Below the pieces are notes generated by a model. That model had not been told where the DNA came from. It made no database searches and saw only the letters and a list, made by a program, of their open reading frames with translations. From an uncultured Staphylococcaceae bacterium (GTDB lineage: Bacteria; Bacillota_I; Bacilli_A; RFN20; CAG-826): a DNA stretch of 64,000 nucleotides. Each line of letters begins with the position of its first letter. The stretch's first letter is position 1. Of the stretch, positions 63,948-64,000 are shown one piece after another. Where the stretch lies: assembly GCA_964504595.1 (NCBI GenBank), contig CAZDEE010000007.1:725-64724 (forward strand), in the 5' to 3' direction. Made by a program: the position numbers and the translations under genes.

Positions 63948-64000
63948 TTCTTTTTTGTTGTAAAAGACGGGTTTATCATATGTTAACATAAAAAAGATCT

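Noticed and set aside
54689-64000. A classical integron.
   Set aside because: No attC-like imperfect hairpins with RYYYAAC/GTTRRRY ends lie between the genes. The cassettes carry their own promoters. The recombinase shows only generic tyrosine-recombinase motifs.
51741-64000. A prophage.
   Set aside because: There are no capsid, portal, terminase, tail or lysis genes. Only an integrase, an XRE-type regulator 3 kb away and defence-type genes are present.

Overview
This is 64 kb of a very AT-rich (by eye about 25-30% G+C) low-GC Gram-positive chromosome. The pcrA-ligA-gatCAB and tsaE-tsaB-rimI-tsaD gene orders suggest Bacillota, Bacilli/Erysipelotrichia-like. TGA is used as a stop, so this is not a code-4 mollicute. 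Coding density is high and three zones are visible. Zone 1 (1-31.4 kb) is housekeeping: a CofE-like ligase with a flavoprotein, mntP, an M29 aminopeptidase, folD with a coupled ThyX-like ORF, a TupA-like ATP-grasp gene, gatCAB, ligA, pcrA, a nitroreductase, asnS, the t6A genes, glmM-glmS and a type III glutamine synthetase. Zone 2 (31.4-51.6 kb) is one ~18 kb minus-strand surface-polysaccharide operon: capD, a priming sugar transferase, ugd, several glycosyltransferases, capE/F/G for L-FucNAc, tagD, a frameshifted licD and a 1367-aa Wzy-glycosyltransferase-Wzx triple fusion. A divergent XRE regulator sits upstream. Zone 3 (51.7-64 kb) is accessory: a surface-anchored endonuclease-I/Big_2 protein, a tyrosine integrase and a truncated rhuM. 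These are followed by a plus-strand string of defence-type genes: an N6-methyltransferase fused to one specificity domain, an AbiJ-like protein, a KAP NTPase, a solo ABC-type AAA ATPase and an AAA_14/DUF4143 ATPase. These genes have their own palindromic operators, and two of them are bracketed by direct repeats. The best candidates for something undescribed are two. One is the operator-controlled methyltransferase / AbiJ-like / KAP module with the cassette-like repeat architecture around it. The other is the Wzy-GT-Wzx fusion. No rRNA, tRNA, CRISPR array, transposase or phage structural gene was seen. All family calls come from motif recognition by eye on the supplied translations; no database search or folding program could be run.
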